This document shows positions 9,229 through 18,502 of a stretch of DNA of 64,000 nt, piece by piece; within the stretch, counting starts at the first letter, position 1, and the number at the start of each line of letters is the position of its first letter. This DNA is from Myxococcota bacterium (GTDB lineage: Bacteria; Myxococcota; XYA12-FULL-58-9; JALHOP01), in the NCBI GenBank assembly GCA_041288095.1, contig JBGGMJ010000187.1, forward strand, positions 32,829 through 96,828. Direction: 5' to 3'. The notes beneath the pieces are model-generated. The model was not told the DNA's origin. It searched no databases and was given only the letters and a program-made list of their open reading frames with translations. The position numbers were made by a program, and so were the translations under genes.

Positions 9229-9978
9229 CTACCTGACTTGGCTGCTCCGAGGATCGAACGCGCCCGCCCAGGGATAAGCCGAGCCAAATGGCTTAGGGCA
9301 CTCGCGCCACTCGATTTCCCCCTTCGTAGGGTCGAAGACCGCGGCCCAGGGTGCCTCATCGTAGGCACCGCGCTTCCACTCGAGCGCGCCCTTCGCGGGG
9401 TTGAAGGCAGCGGTCCAGGGGAGAACTTTTCCAAAGTCGTACTCCGCCCGCTTCCATTCGACCTTGCCGGTGGTTGGGTCGAACGCGCCACCGAACGGGT
9501 AGATGTAGTTGTTGATGTTCTTGGCCTTGACCCACTCGAGCTCGCCCTTCACTGGATTGAAGACGCCGCTCCACGGATAAACGTAGCCGTTGACGTTCTC
9601 CGCCTCGCGCCAGACCACCTCGCCCTTTATCGGATCGAATACGCCGGTCCACGGACGGGGGTCGTCGAGACGGAATTCGGCCTGCTTCCACTCGACCGTT
9701 CCTTTGACCGGGTCAAAAGCCGCCGCCCAGGGAAGAGCCGGGCCAATCTTGCCCCGCGAAGCCTGCCGCCATTGCGGAGCACCGCTTGGACCAGCGCCAG
9801 GCCTCAAGCCGTACGTCGACTCGATCCAGGCATCGATCTGGGCGTCGCTGAGCTTCGAGCCGAGCGTCTTCAAACGCTGCTTGAGGGCGGTGGGCCAAGC
9901 AGGCACGGTCGCCGAGCCGGCCACGGTACCGTGAACGTTCGAGACTCCGCGCGCAAACCCCGTGCGTTCAAATTGCAT
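9229..9978 (-). CDS. Hypothetical protein with seven ~26-aa PWxxxF[DN]PxKGxxEW repeats
   Basis: Repeats are visible in the translation; last one is partial. Confidence 0.8.
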   Translation of the reverse strand: MQFERTGFARGVSNVHGTVAGSATVPAWPTALKQRLKTLGSKLSDAQIDAWIESTYGLRPGAGPSGAPQWRQASRGKIGPALPWAAAFDPVKGTVEWKQAEFRLDDPRPWTGVFDPIKGEVVWREAENVNGYVYPWSGVFNPVKGELEWVKAKNINNYIYPFGGAFDPTTGKVEWKRAEYDFGKVLPWTAAFNPAKGALEWKRGAYDEAPWAAVFDPTKGEIEWRECPKPFGSAYPWAGAFDPRSSQVR

Positions 9979-10134
9979 GCGTCGATCCTACGAGGCTTCC
10001 GCGCCGGATTGGCGCCAGGGCTGTGAATCGGCCCACAGGCGCAGAAGTTTCGCCTTTGGCACGGTCGCACCAGTGCCGGGCCTGCACCGAGCGCGCCGCA
10101 ACATGCGGGGAGGCGGTCGCGCGCCGGCTCTGCC

Positions 10135-13100
10135 TCAATGCGCCGGCACGATGCCGACGTTGTTGTCCTCGAGACACTCACGCTCGCCGATGCCAAACGG
10201 GTCGTCGTCCGCTCGCACGTAGACGTCCACCGACAGCGGGCAAGAGAGAGCGAGGCTGATGACCTGACACCGGACGCTGCTGCACTCACCGGACTCAAGC
10301 CCCGTCGCCGGGGTGATGCGGCACAAGAGCTCGCCCCCGGCGCTCGGATCTCCCAGGTAGAACCCCACCGGAACCGGACCGATGTCAGCGGTGCCGCGAT
10401 TGCATAGCTGAGCCAAGACTGTGAGCTCGGCGCCGGCCTCGCCATAGCTACACGTGACGCGGGGTCTCACGGTGGCGTCCGGTGAGCTCTCTGGGTTCAC
10501 GTCGGTCAGTAGATTCTGGCGAAAGTTGTTGAGCCCAGGGACGGCCCAGTTCCTGGTTGCAGCCGGTGTGGCAACGCCAAGCTCGCCGGTGTGCGCGATC
10601 GAGTAGGCGTGCTGGTTCCAGATGCGGCGCGTGTCGACCCAGCGGTCCAAGATGTCGCGGTACACCACGACACCATTAAAGGCACCGGGGCGGTAGGCAC
10701 GGCAGGTGCTGCGGCTTCCCAGAAAGTCGTACGCGGCATCCGGCTTGCGATCGGAGCAGATGTGGAAGGTGGACGCTGGCCCGCAATGCGCGTCGTTCGC
10801 GCAGGTGCACAAGCCGAGCTCGACATCGTTCGGATCGGCGCCCGCAAGGCATCGACCATCCGGGCCCGCCCCGTACTTACACGCGCAAGAGCCCGGTGGC
10901 CCTGCGCAGTCTGCGTCCGTCTCGCACCGCAGGCCGGCGAATTGAGCGTCGACCCGGCGCGCGTCACTGGCCGAGGCAGCAACCGTGCTGCTGGTGCAGT
11001 CGATGTCGCAGTTGCTGTTCGAGGGCACGACGACCTCGGCGTTGAAGTCGCCGTCGACGTCCGCGATGACGGGGTTTTCGTACCAAGTGCACGAGGAGTG
11101 ATACTGCGAGTAGAGCACCGAGCCGCTGCGTCCATCGTAAACGCGCGTGAAGCACTCGTCGGCGTACACCGACTCTGCCCGGCCGTCGCCCTCGAAGTCG
11201 AAGACCGATGAGCCGGTCACGTTCGAGCTATTGTCCTGGCTGGCGATCCGGAAGAGCACGCCCTTCGGGAAGCCCTTGCCATGCGTCGGGCACGTCGAGA
11301 CGTTGGCGACACCTTTGCAGGTCACGACTTCGGGTGTCTCGCCGTCGCAGTCGGGATCATAGACACCGAAGAAGTTCTGCGAGGCGACCGCGACCTCGGC
11401 GCGACAATCGCCGTCGAAGTCGGCCACCGTCGGCGGTCCGCCGGTACCTACGCCCAGGGCCACGACGAAATCCGTCGCCGCGGCATCCGGGTAGTCGATG
11501 ATGCGACCGGAGGTCGTCTGGATATAGACGCTGCCGCTGCTCACGACGGCGATCTCGGCAGCTGCGTCTCGGGTAGCGCGGTCGTTGGCGACGGGGCCGT
11601 AGGTGCCGAAGTCCGCGATAGCGACTTGGCCATAGTTCCCCGCGATGGTCTGCTCGTTGACGGCGCTCCAGGCCCGACCCACTCCGTCCCAGGCGTAGAC
11701 GTGCGCGCCATCCACCCATTCGACGATGCCGTCGGCATCGACATCGCCGACGATCGGAAAGATGCCGAGGCTGTAGGGTTGGCAAGAAACCGCGCCGTTA
11801 CCGGCGACGCTGAGAAAGCGTCCATTGGCGGCGTAGGTATAGGGCCCGTAGAGCACCTCGGGCGGACCATCACCATCGAGGTCGAAGACCGACGGACCAG
11901 ACCACAAGACGGGCGCGTCACTGCAGGCGTTGTCCCAGGCGCTACCCGCACCGTTGGTGGAATGCCACGCGAGCTCGAACGCGCCACGACCGGCGCGCGC
12001 CGCGGGCGCGTAGCGGAAGGCAACGAGCCCACCATAGTCCGGCGAGAGGCTTCCCGAAGTCGAGGCATGTGCCACGATCTCGGAGCGGGTCGGCGCCGTG
12101 CGATCGAGATCCGCGAGTGCCACCGGATTGCAGGCCCGCACATCGGGAAAGCTCCCGACTCGTGCAGCCGGCGCTAGATCCGCAGGAGTGTAGAGGTCGT
12201 CACGCCGGCGGTTCACCACGAACTGCGTGCGGCAATCGCGACCGTCGATGACGCGGATGATGCCGCTGTCCTGGCAGTCGATGCTACCGCCGCCGTCGTG
12301 GTCGGTGGCGACGAAGACGATGGACGGATTGAGGGTGTTTGGATTGCCGTCGAAATCGAAGTCCACCACGGTCGGCGTCGACAGCACTCGCGTGTGAGCG
12401 GCATAGGGATCGACGCAATACCCGCGAACGCAAGTGAGGCCGCCATAGCAGTCGGTGTCGGTCGCCGTATCGACACATTCGTAGCAGGCTGGCCGCGTGC
12501 CCGGCGCGACGCGGCAGGTTTCGGTCGCGGCGCAGGCCGCTGGGCTTGCGGCGCAGCTCGTGTGGCACGTGCCGCCTTCGCAGATTTCCCGGGTGCTGCA
12601 ATCGCTGTCGGCGCCGCAGCCGACGCATAGCCCGTCCTGGCAAGTCTTGGCGTCGCCGGCGGGGTTTTCGCAGGTGCCGCAGTGGGCAACACGGTCGGTT
12701 GGACCGGTCCATATGCATTGATGACCCGGCGCAAAAACGCCGACGACGATCTCGTTGGCGCAGTCCTCGTTGAACGGCGGGTGGTCGGGGTCGAGACCAT
12801 ACGGAAGACACGACCCCGCTGGATTGCACGGCGCACCGCCGGGGCAGTTGCAATACGAGTCGTCCTCGCATTCACCGTCCTCGATGCAGGGACCCTGATC
12901 ACGAATGCAGGTGTCGAAGGCACAGACCTCACCGCCGGTGCAGCAGCTCTGACCGCAGGCCACCTCGCCGCCGCTACATTGCTCGGCACATTCTCCGCCG
13001 GAGCAGAAGTAACCCACGTCGCAGCAGGTCTGGGCCGCGCCGCACCGTATCGAGCTCTCGCAAGCAAAGGTGCAGGCGCCGAGCACGCACTCGTCGCCCG

Positions 13101-14019
13101 GCGGGCAGTGCCCATCGAAGTGATCGCCATCGCAGGGCGTCTGGCAGCTGCCGTACGCCGGGTCGGAAATGTCCGCAATGCACACGTCGACGCCGCCGCA
13201 CGTGCCTGTAATCTGTTCCTCCGAGCACGTCGGAACACCGCACTCCCCAGCAACACATGCTTCGCCTGCGGCATAGCAGCCGCCTTCGAGGTGCTCGCTC
13301 GAGCACGGGAGGCGAACGCAGGTGCCGCTATTGCAGACGTCGTCGGGATGGAAGCAGCGCCCGTCGGGATAGGCGCCACTGCACGGTTGCGGCTGGCAGC
13401 TGCCGGTGACGCAGATCGAGCGATTCGTCACACAATGCCCGGCAGGGTGAGACACGGAGCATGCGAACGCTTCGCAAGCTCCCGCGTCACAGTATTGGTC
13501 GCCCGGGCAGTAGCCCGCTAGGTAAGCCGCCGAGCACGCAGGCATCGGTTTGCATGCACCAACGAGGCAGTACTCACCTTCGGGACAGGCTCCGTTCTGG
13601 TTGCCCGGCGAGCACGGCGGCTGGACGCGGCAGGTGCCGTCGATACATGTCAGAGCGCCAGCGCATGTACCGTACGGGTTGCTCTTCGAGCACGGCGTCT
13701 CTGCGCAGCCGGCTGCCGTACACTCGGCCCCGGGCGGGCAGAGCTGCGCGGAAGGCCCGCACTCGGCGCGGCATGCTCCGCCCGTGCAGATGAAATCCGG
13801 TGCACACGCGCCATCGGGATGAGCAGAATCGCAGCGCACCACCTGCAGCGAGTCGAGAGGCTCCTCCATGACGAAGAGCCCACCAGAGCAGGACACAGAC
13901 AAGCTCGCGGCCACGATGATCCCAAAACCGCGCCACCAATTCCTTAGCTGCTCCAAGAGAGCCCCCAGGGGGAGGCGGATATACGAATAGAGCGGCATGG
14001 GAGAGTGAAGCCCTGACAC
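10135..14019 (-). CDS. Large Cys-rich lipoprotein with FG-GAP/VCBS propeller and CARDB-like C-terminus
   Basis: Possible lipobox LSVSC (start uncertain, may be 13998 or later); CSxxxPxGxC repeats; DFDFDG, DLDGDG, GGPPTVADFDGD, SSVFDFEGDG, RRIWNQHAY; CNRG..ECLEDNN. Confidence 0.85.
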   Translation of the reverse strand: MSGLHSPMPLYSYIRLPLGALLEQLRNWWRGFGIIVAASLSVSCSGGLFVMEEPLDSLQVVRCDSAHPDGACAPDFICTGGACRAECGPSAQLCPPGAECTAAGCAETPCSKSNPYGTCAGALTCIDGTCRVQPPCSPGNQNGACPEGEYCLVGACKPMPACSAAYLAGYCPGDQYCDAGACEAFACSVSHPAGHCVTNRSICVTGSCQPQPCSGAYPDGRCFHPDDVCNSGTCVRLPCSSEHLEGGCYAAGEACVAGECGVPTCSEEQITGTCGGVDVCIADISDPAYGSCQTPCDGDHFDGHCPPGDECVLGACTFACESSIRCGAAQTCCDVGYFCSGGECAEQCSGGEVACGQSCCTGGEVCAFDTCIRDQGPCIEDGECEDDSYCNCPGGAPCNPAGSCLPYGLDPDHPPFNEDCANEIVVGVFAPGHQCIWTGPTDRVAHCGTCENPAGDAKTCQDGLCVGCGADSDCSTREICEGGTCHTSCAASPAACAATETCRVAPGTRPACYECVDTATDTDCYGGLTCVRGYCVDPYAAHTRVLSTPTVVDFDFDGNPNTLNPSIVFVATDHDGGGSIDCQDSGIIRVIDGRDCRTQFVVNRRRDDLYTPADLAPAARVGSFPDVRACNPVALADLDRTAPTRSEIVAHASTSGSLSPDYGGLVAFRYAPAARAGRGAFELAWHSTNGAGSAWDNACSDAPVLWSGPSVFDLDGDGPPEVLYGPYTYAANGRFLSVAGNGAVSCQPYSLGIFPIVGDVDADGIVEWVDGAHVYAWDGVGRAWSAVNEQTIAGNYGQVAIADFGTYGPVANDRATRDAAAEIAVVSSGSVYIQTTSGRIIDYPDAAATDFVVALGVGTGGPPTVADFDGDCRAEVAVASQNFFGVYDPDCDGETPEVVTCKGVANVSTCPTHGKGFPKGVLFRIASQDNSSNVTGSSVFDFEGDGRAESVYADECFTRVYDGRSGSVLYSQYHSSCTWYENPVIADVDGDFNAEVVVPSNSNCDIDCTSSTVAASASDARRVDAQFAGLRCETDADCAGPPGSCACKYGAGPDGRCLAGADPNDVELGLCTCANDAHCGPASTFHICSDRKPDAAYDFLGSRSTCRAYRPGAFNGVVVYRDILDRWVDTRRIWNQHAYSIAHTGELGVATPAATRNWAVPGLNNFRQNLLTDVNPESSPDATVRPRVTCSYGEAGAELTVLAQLCNRGTADIGPVPVGFYLGDPSAGGELLCRITPATGLESGECSSVRCQVISLALSCPLSVDVYVRADDDPFGIGERECLEDNNVGIVPAH

Positions 14020-14085
14020 TCTTCGGCGCCGTCACCTATTGAATACGGGTTCTGCCAACCGCGTCGAGGGATGATGCCCACCTGC

Positions 14086-15015
14086 ATGCCACGCCTCCTT
14101 GGTCTTTTCTCCCTGCTGGTGCTCGCCGCCTGCGGCGACGACGACAGTACGGGCGGCAGCTGGACGCCCGTGACCTCGTCGCCGATGCAGATGGTGCTGG
14201 ACGTCTGGGCGTTCTCCGCGAACGACGTTTGGTTCGTCGACGGCACCACGACGGTGCGACGCTTCGATGGCTCGACCTGGACCGACTTGCCGACGCCGGC
14301 GACCAGTGGCCTGGGCTGCATCTTCGCGCTTTCGCCAACCGACGTTTGGCTGTGCGCCGATACGACCGTATTGCATTACGACGGCGCGACCTTCGAGACG
14401 CTACCGTCGACGGACGCCATCGGCCTCGACGGCCTCACGAGTATCTGGGCCACTTCGGCATCCAGCGTCTGGGCGGTTGGCGACGACGCCATCGTCGCCC
14501 GCTATAACGGTGCGTCGTGGAGTGCCGCATACGTGTCGAGCAACTTCAACAGCTCGATCTGGGGCACCTCGCCCACCAACATCTACGTCCTCGGGACCTT
14601 CGATCTCCTCCACTACAACGGCAGCAACTGGAGCTCCGTCGAGACCCCCGACCGTACCTCCGGTGACGGCCAGGTGTGGGGCACGAGCGCGTCCGATGTC
14701 TGGGTCATCACGGACTCGAGCGACCTCGCGCATTTCGACGGTGACCAATGGGAGAGCGTCCGCGACTTGGAGCTCATCGGCGACCTGAGCGCGATATGGG
14801 GCGCGTCCGCCGACAATCTCTGGGCGGCCGGCTCCGCGGGACAAATCGCCCACTTCGACGGCAGCACTTGGACTGACGTCCAGCACCAACAGATCGGCGC
14901 GCCGTACCTGCAACGGTTTCTCGCGGTGCACGGCTCCGGAGCGAGCGACGTGTGGGCCGTCGGTCAGCAGCTCGGTGAAGGCGGCTCGACCGCCCTCGTC
15001 TACCGCCTTCGTTAG
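14086..15015 (+). CDS. Beta-propeller lipoprotein (IWGxSxxDVW..HFDGxxW repeats)
   Basis: Lipobox LAAC; about seven ~38-aa blades. Confidence 0.85.
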   Translation: MPRLLGLFSLLVLAACGDDDSTGGSWTPVTSSPMQMVLDVWAFSANDVWFVDGTTTVRRFDGSTWTDLPTPATSGLGCIFALSPTDVWLCADTTVLHYDGATFETLPSTDAIGLDGLTSIWATSASSVWAVGDDAIVARYNGASWSAAYVSSNFNSSIWGTSPTNIYVLGTFDLLHYNGSNWSSVETPDRTSGDGQVWGTSASDVWVITDSSDLAHFDGDQWESVRDLELIGDLSAIWGASADNLWAAGSAGQIAHFDGSTWTDVQHQQIGAPYLQRFLAVHGSGASDVWAVGQQLGEGGSTALVYRLR

Positions 15016-15028
15016 CGTCGAGCCTGGC

Positions 15029-18000
15029 TCAAGGGTCACAGACAACGCCGCCGGTGTAGGCGGAGACCCCGTGCAGGTAGGCAGCGCCGGTGTCGACTCC
15101 GGACGCGTCATTGAGCAGCGCGCCCGTCATGAGCCAGGCGCCGCACAAGCTCACACGCTGCCCGAAGATGTCGAGTCGTCGATCCGCCTGGTCGCGCTGC
15201 AGGAGGATCTCTTGCCGCGCATTGGCCCAGCTGGAGGTGCGCGTGATCATGAACACAGCTCCGCCACCGCCGAAGGCCACCGGCGCTCCCGCGGCGATGA
15301 CGTTGCCTTGGATCGCCACCGAGTGACCGAAGGCGTAAGCGGCACGAGGCGTCGTCGGCTTGATGATCGTCTCGACGGCGCTCGCCCAAGTAGCGCCCTT
15401 CTCGTAGACATAGACGGCGCCGCTGCTCGGGTAGCGCTTGCCCGAAATCGGCTCCACATCGCCCGTCTGCCAGGCGCCGGTGACGATGGTGTCTTGCCCC
15501 TGGTTGATGGCGACGGTGCTCCCGAATGGCCCGTTGATCTGCGTGAGCGATGGGGTGATCGTGGTTTGCTGCGTCGAAGACCAGTTGCCGGCCTGCGCCT
15601 CGATGACCGTAAGCTCGCCGACCTGATTGACCCCGGTGATCCCCGCGACCACGGTGTTCCCGACAACGGCGACGCTGTTGTAGATGTAGCCGTTCGCCGC
15701 GCCCGCGCTGGTGAAGCGATGCTCGGTGGCATTGGCCCAGCCCGAGCCTCCGTTGACCCAGACCATGATGTTTCGCCCCCCGCCGACCGTGGCGATGACG
15801 TTGCCATGGATGGCGACCCCTGTGCCTTGGGCTTCGCCAGCGACCGGTGCGCTCGGCACGAGACGCGTCTCGACAGCGCTCGGCCAACCCGTGCCGGTGT
15901 TCTCGAAGACGTAGACCAAGCCGGCGCCGGCGGCCAATGCGTCGTTGCCGCTATCGCCGACAACGACGTCGTCGCCGTAGACGGCCACCGCGCCTTTCTG
16001 ACCGAAGGTGCCGGATCGGTCCGAGCCCAGGACGCGCCCAGCTTCAGTCCATGCTTCACCGGATCGCGTCGCCACGATGACATCGTTGCCGAAAAAGTTG
16101 CCGAAAGCGGCCACGTGCTCGCCGACGTCCACCGAGTCACCGTAGTAAGACGTGCCCGAACTGGGGGCGAGAAGCGTCTCGGTCCCGGCCGCGGGATCCA
16201 ACGTCTGAACGAACCACTCAGTGACTGAGTCGCCGAGCCGCACCTCCGCTGTCTTTGCAGCGTGGCCGCTCGCTGACGATGTCATGCGCGCCTCGACAGT
16301 GTCGCCCGAGCGGACACTCACCGACGCTCCCCACGGTCCGGCATCGGTGACGTTCCTGAGCTCCGCTGTCCCCAAGATCGACGCTGTGGAGGTGCCCGTG
16401 ATGCCAGTCACCACCGCGGAGCGGACATACAGAGTGTTGGCCGCCGCGCCTTCGACGTCGGCGAAGCCGAAGGGCGCGCGTCCAGGCGTGACCAGACACA
16501 TCAGGTGCCGAGGCACGCCGCAGGCCCCACTCGCGCTCGACCAACGCTGGCTGCCTCCCGCGCCGAGATCGCCGAAGTTGCCAGCGACACCGGAGGTACT
16601 AGTCCACCCAGCGCAGGTGTCGGCGTGCGAGCTCGCTGGCCAAAGTGTCGCGGTGCCCGCTTGGCGGCCCGTCCACCACCCCACCACGGACGGGAAAAAC
16701 GGATAGCTGAAGTAGCTGGAAAAAGGCGGCGCCCAATCCGAGTCGTTGCCCGGACCAGCGCCGCTGCCGTCGCTGATGAAGAAGCCACCACCCACGGTGA
16801 AGCTGCCGCTATTGGCGAAGAAGTACTTGGTGCCGGGCGCCGGCCCTTGGCAGGTGGAGCCGTCGCACAACATGGCGCGCACGCTCGATGCGTCGAGAAC
16901 CACGCGCCCCACCCCCAACCACGGGAGGCGCTGAAGCTCATCGAGGCAGCGCGCATTGGCACCCGCGAGCCCGCCGAGATTGCCGTCGTACAGGTCGCGG
17001 CTGAGCACCATGTAGCCGTTGTTGACCTCGGGTGACGGCGCGCGTGTGCCGATATTCCACGCGAACAACTGCGACCCGAGGCTCACCTCCACCGGCATCG
17101 TCGTGCCGAGATAGGGCGATGAGGTCGTGCGCACCTCCAGCGTGTCACCGGGCCTTATCACCGCGGCGTTCGACCACGGCGACGCTGTCGTCGCGTTGCG
17201 TAGCTCGGCCGTCCATTGCGTCGTGTCGAACACATCGACGGTCGCGACGACGGCCGGGATCGACGTGTCGATGCCTCGCACCACGACGGTCTGGGTGAGA
17301 ACCTCACCGGGGCCGACATTGCTCGAGCTCGCGAAGGCGAAGTTCTCCGGAGCGCGGTCTTGCGGTGCCGTGGGTTCGACGATGCACAACAGTCTGAGGT
17401 TCGCGGAGCTGCAGGCGCCGCCACCGCTGTCCCACTGACGCTCGGCGCAACAGCCCGCGGGGTTCGTCGTCGCAAACTCGCCATTTTGCCCGGCGGCGTT
17501 GCTCGTCCATCCGGCGCACGACACGCCCTTGGGCTCGGTCGGGAACACCTGGTCTTCCCAAGCAAAGCCGTCAACCAGCTGTGAGAATTGATCACGTCCG
17601 GCCCAGTAGTTGGCTGCGACACCGAAGTAGGCGCCACCTTGCCAGGGGTTGGCGGTGGCGTGCTGGAACGGCCCGCGGCCGAGGTGATCGACGAGCAGAG
17701 TGTTGCCGCCCGCAGTCGCCGAGCCGGCGCGCGCGAACTTGTAGAGCACCCCCGGGGTGTGGTTCTGGCAGGTCGTGTCGTCGCATAGCCAAGCGCGCAC
17801 GTTTGCGGACGTGAGCGACGCCGACGCCTTCCCGAGCCAGTTACTGCCTTGCAGATCGGAGAGGCAACGCGCGTTGGCGCCGGCCAGGCCACCGAGGTTT
17901 CCATCGTACGCCGCGCTCGTCATCACGAAGTAGCCGTAGACGAAACAGGCCGCGGGGTCGTTGACGCAGGTGTCGTTGCCCTCATCGCAGCTGTCGACGC

Positions 18001-18394
18001 TGCAGCTCACGCCGTCGTCGCACGTAAACGTCGTTGCAGCCTGGCAGCCCGCGAGCGCATCGCAGCGCTCGGCACCGTCACAAAACGTCCCATTGTCGCA
18101 GAAGGTGTCGTCGGGCCGGTGACAGCCAAAGGCAGGGTCGCAACTCTCCGAGGTGCATGCGACACCATCGTCATCGCAGGTCTCTAGCTCGGTAGCGACG
18201 CAAGCACCGCCCGTGCAGATCGAGGCGCGCGTGCAGGCGTCGGCATCGTCGCACGCGGCCCCTTCGCTCACACCGAGGCACGGCAGCGAGGCGATGACGT
18301 CATCCACGGGCGCCTCGAGCTCGTACCCGACGCGCCCGCAAGCAACGGCGCTCGCGAGCAGGTACAGCAAGGGTGATGGAGCGCGACGCGACAC
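15029..18394 (-). CDS. Mosaic lipoprotein: Cys-rich region, two (DUF1554-like + beta-sandwich) modules, FG-GAP propeller
   Basis: Lipobox AVAC-GRVGYE; CDDxxxCTxDxC repeats; YDGNLGGLAGANARC twice; GDTxExRxTSS twice; FGxxVA...GAVYV repeats. Confidence 0.85.
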   Translation of the reverse strand: MSRRAPSPLLYLLASAVACGRVGYELEAPVDDVIASLPCLGVSEGAACDDADACTRASICTGGACVATELETCDDDGVACTSESCDPAFGCHRPDDTFCDNGTFCDGAERCDALAGCQAATTFTCDDGVSCSVDSCDEGNDTCVNDPAACFVYGYFVMTSAAYDGNLGGLAGANARCLSDLQGSNWLGKASASLTSANVRAWLCDDTTCQNHTPGVLYKFARAGSATAGGNTLLVDHLGRGPFQHATANPWQGGAYFGVAANYWAGRDQFSQLVDGFAWEDQVFPTEPKGVSCAGWTSNAAGQNGEFATTNPAGCCAERQWDSGGGACSSANLRLLCIVEPTAPQDRAPENFAFASSSNVGPGEVLTQTVVVRGIDTSIPAVVATVDVFDTTQWTAELRNATTASPWSNAAVIRPGDTLEVRTTSSPYLGTTMPVEVSLGSQLFAWNIGTRAPSPEVNNGYMVLSRDLYDGNLGGLAGANARCLDELQRLPWLGVGRVVLDASSVRAMLCDGSTCQGPAPGTKYFFANSGSFTVGGGFFISDGSGAGPGNDSDWAPPFSSYFSYPFFPSVVGWWTGRQAGTATLWPASSHADTCAGWTSTSGVAGNFGDLGAGGSQRWSSASGACGVPRHLMCLVTPGRAPFGFADVEGAAANTLYVRSAVVTGITGTSTASILGTAELRNVTDAGPWGASVSVRSGDTVEARMTSSASGHAAKTAEVRLGDSVTEWFVQTLDPAAGTETLLAPSSGTSYYGDSVDVGEHVAAFGNFFGNDVIVATRSGEAWTEAGRVLGSDRSGTFGQKGAVAVYGDDVVVGDSGNDALAAGAGLVYVFENTGTGWPSAVETRLVPSAPVAGEAQGTGVAIHGNVIATVGGGRNIMVWVNGGSGWANATEHRFTSAGAANGYIYNSVAVVGNTVVAGITGVNQVGELTVIEAQAGNWSSTQQTTITPSLTQINGPFGSTVAINQGQDTIVTGAWQTGDVEPISGKRYPSSGAVYVYEKGATWASAVETIIKPTTPRAAYAFGHSVAIQGNVIAAGAPVAFGGGGAVFMITRTSSWANARQEILLQRDQADRRLDIFGQRVSLCGAWLMTGALLNDASGVDTGAAYLHGVSAYTGGVVCDP

Positions 18395-18416
18395 TCTACG
18401 ACTGTACCCTTCAGCG

Positions 18417-18468
18417 CATCGCGGCTCGAGAAGGTTCCTGGTCGATCACGCCCTGGTCGATCACGCCC
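18417..18468 (-). repeat. Dispersed motif copy 2 with adjoining 15-bp tandem duplication
   Basis: 18417-18446 matches 38712-38741 at 28/30 in reverse complement; CCTGGTCGATCACGC repeated at 18437-18451 and 18452-18466. Confidence 0.8.
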
Positions 18469-18502
18469 ACGTTCCGCCGTCAAAACAAGTAGAAGTAGGC
18501 CA

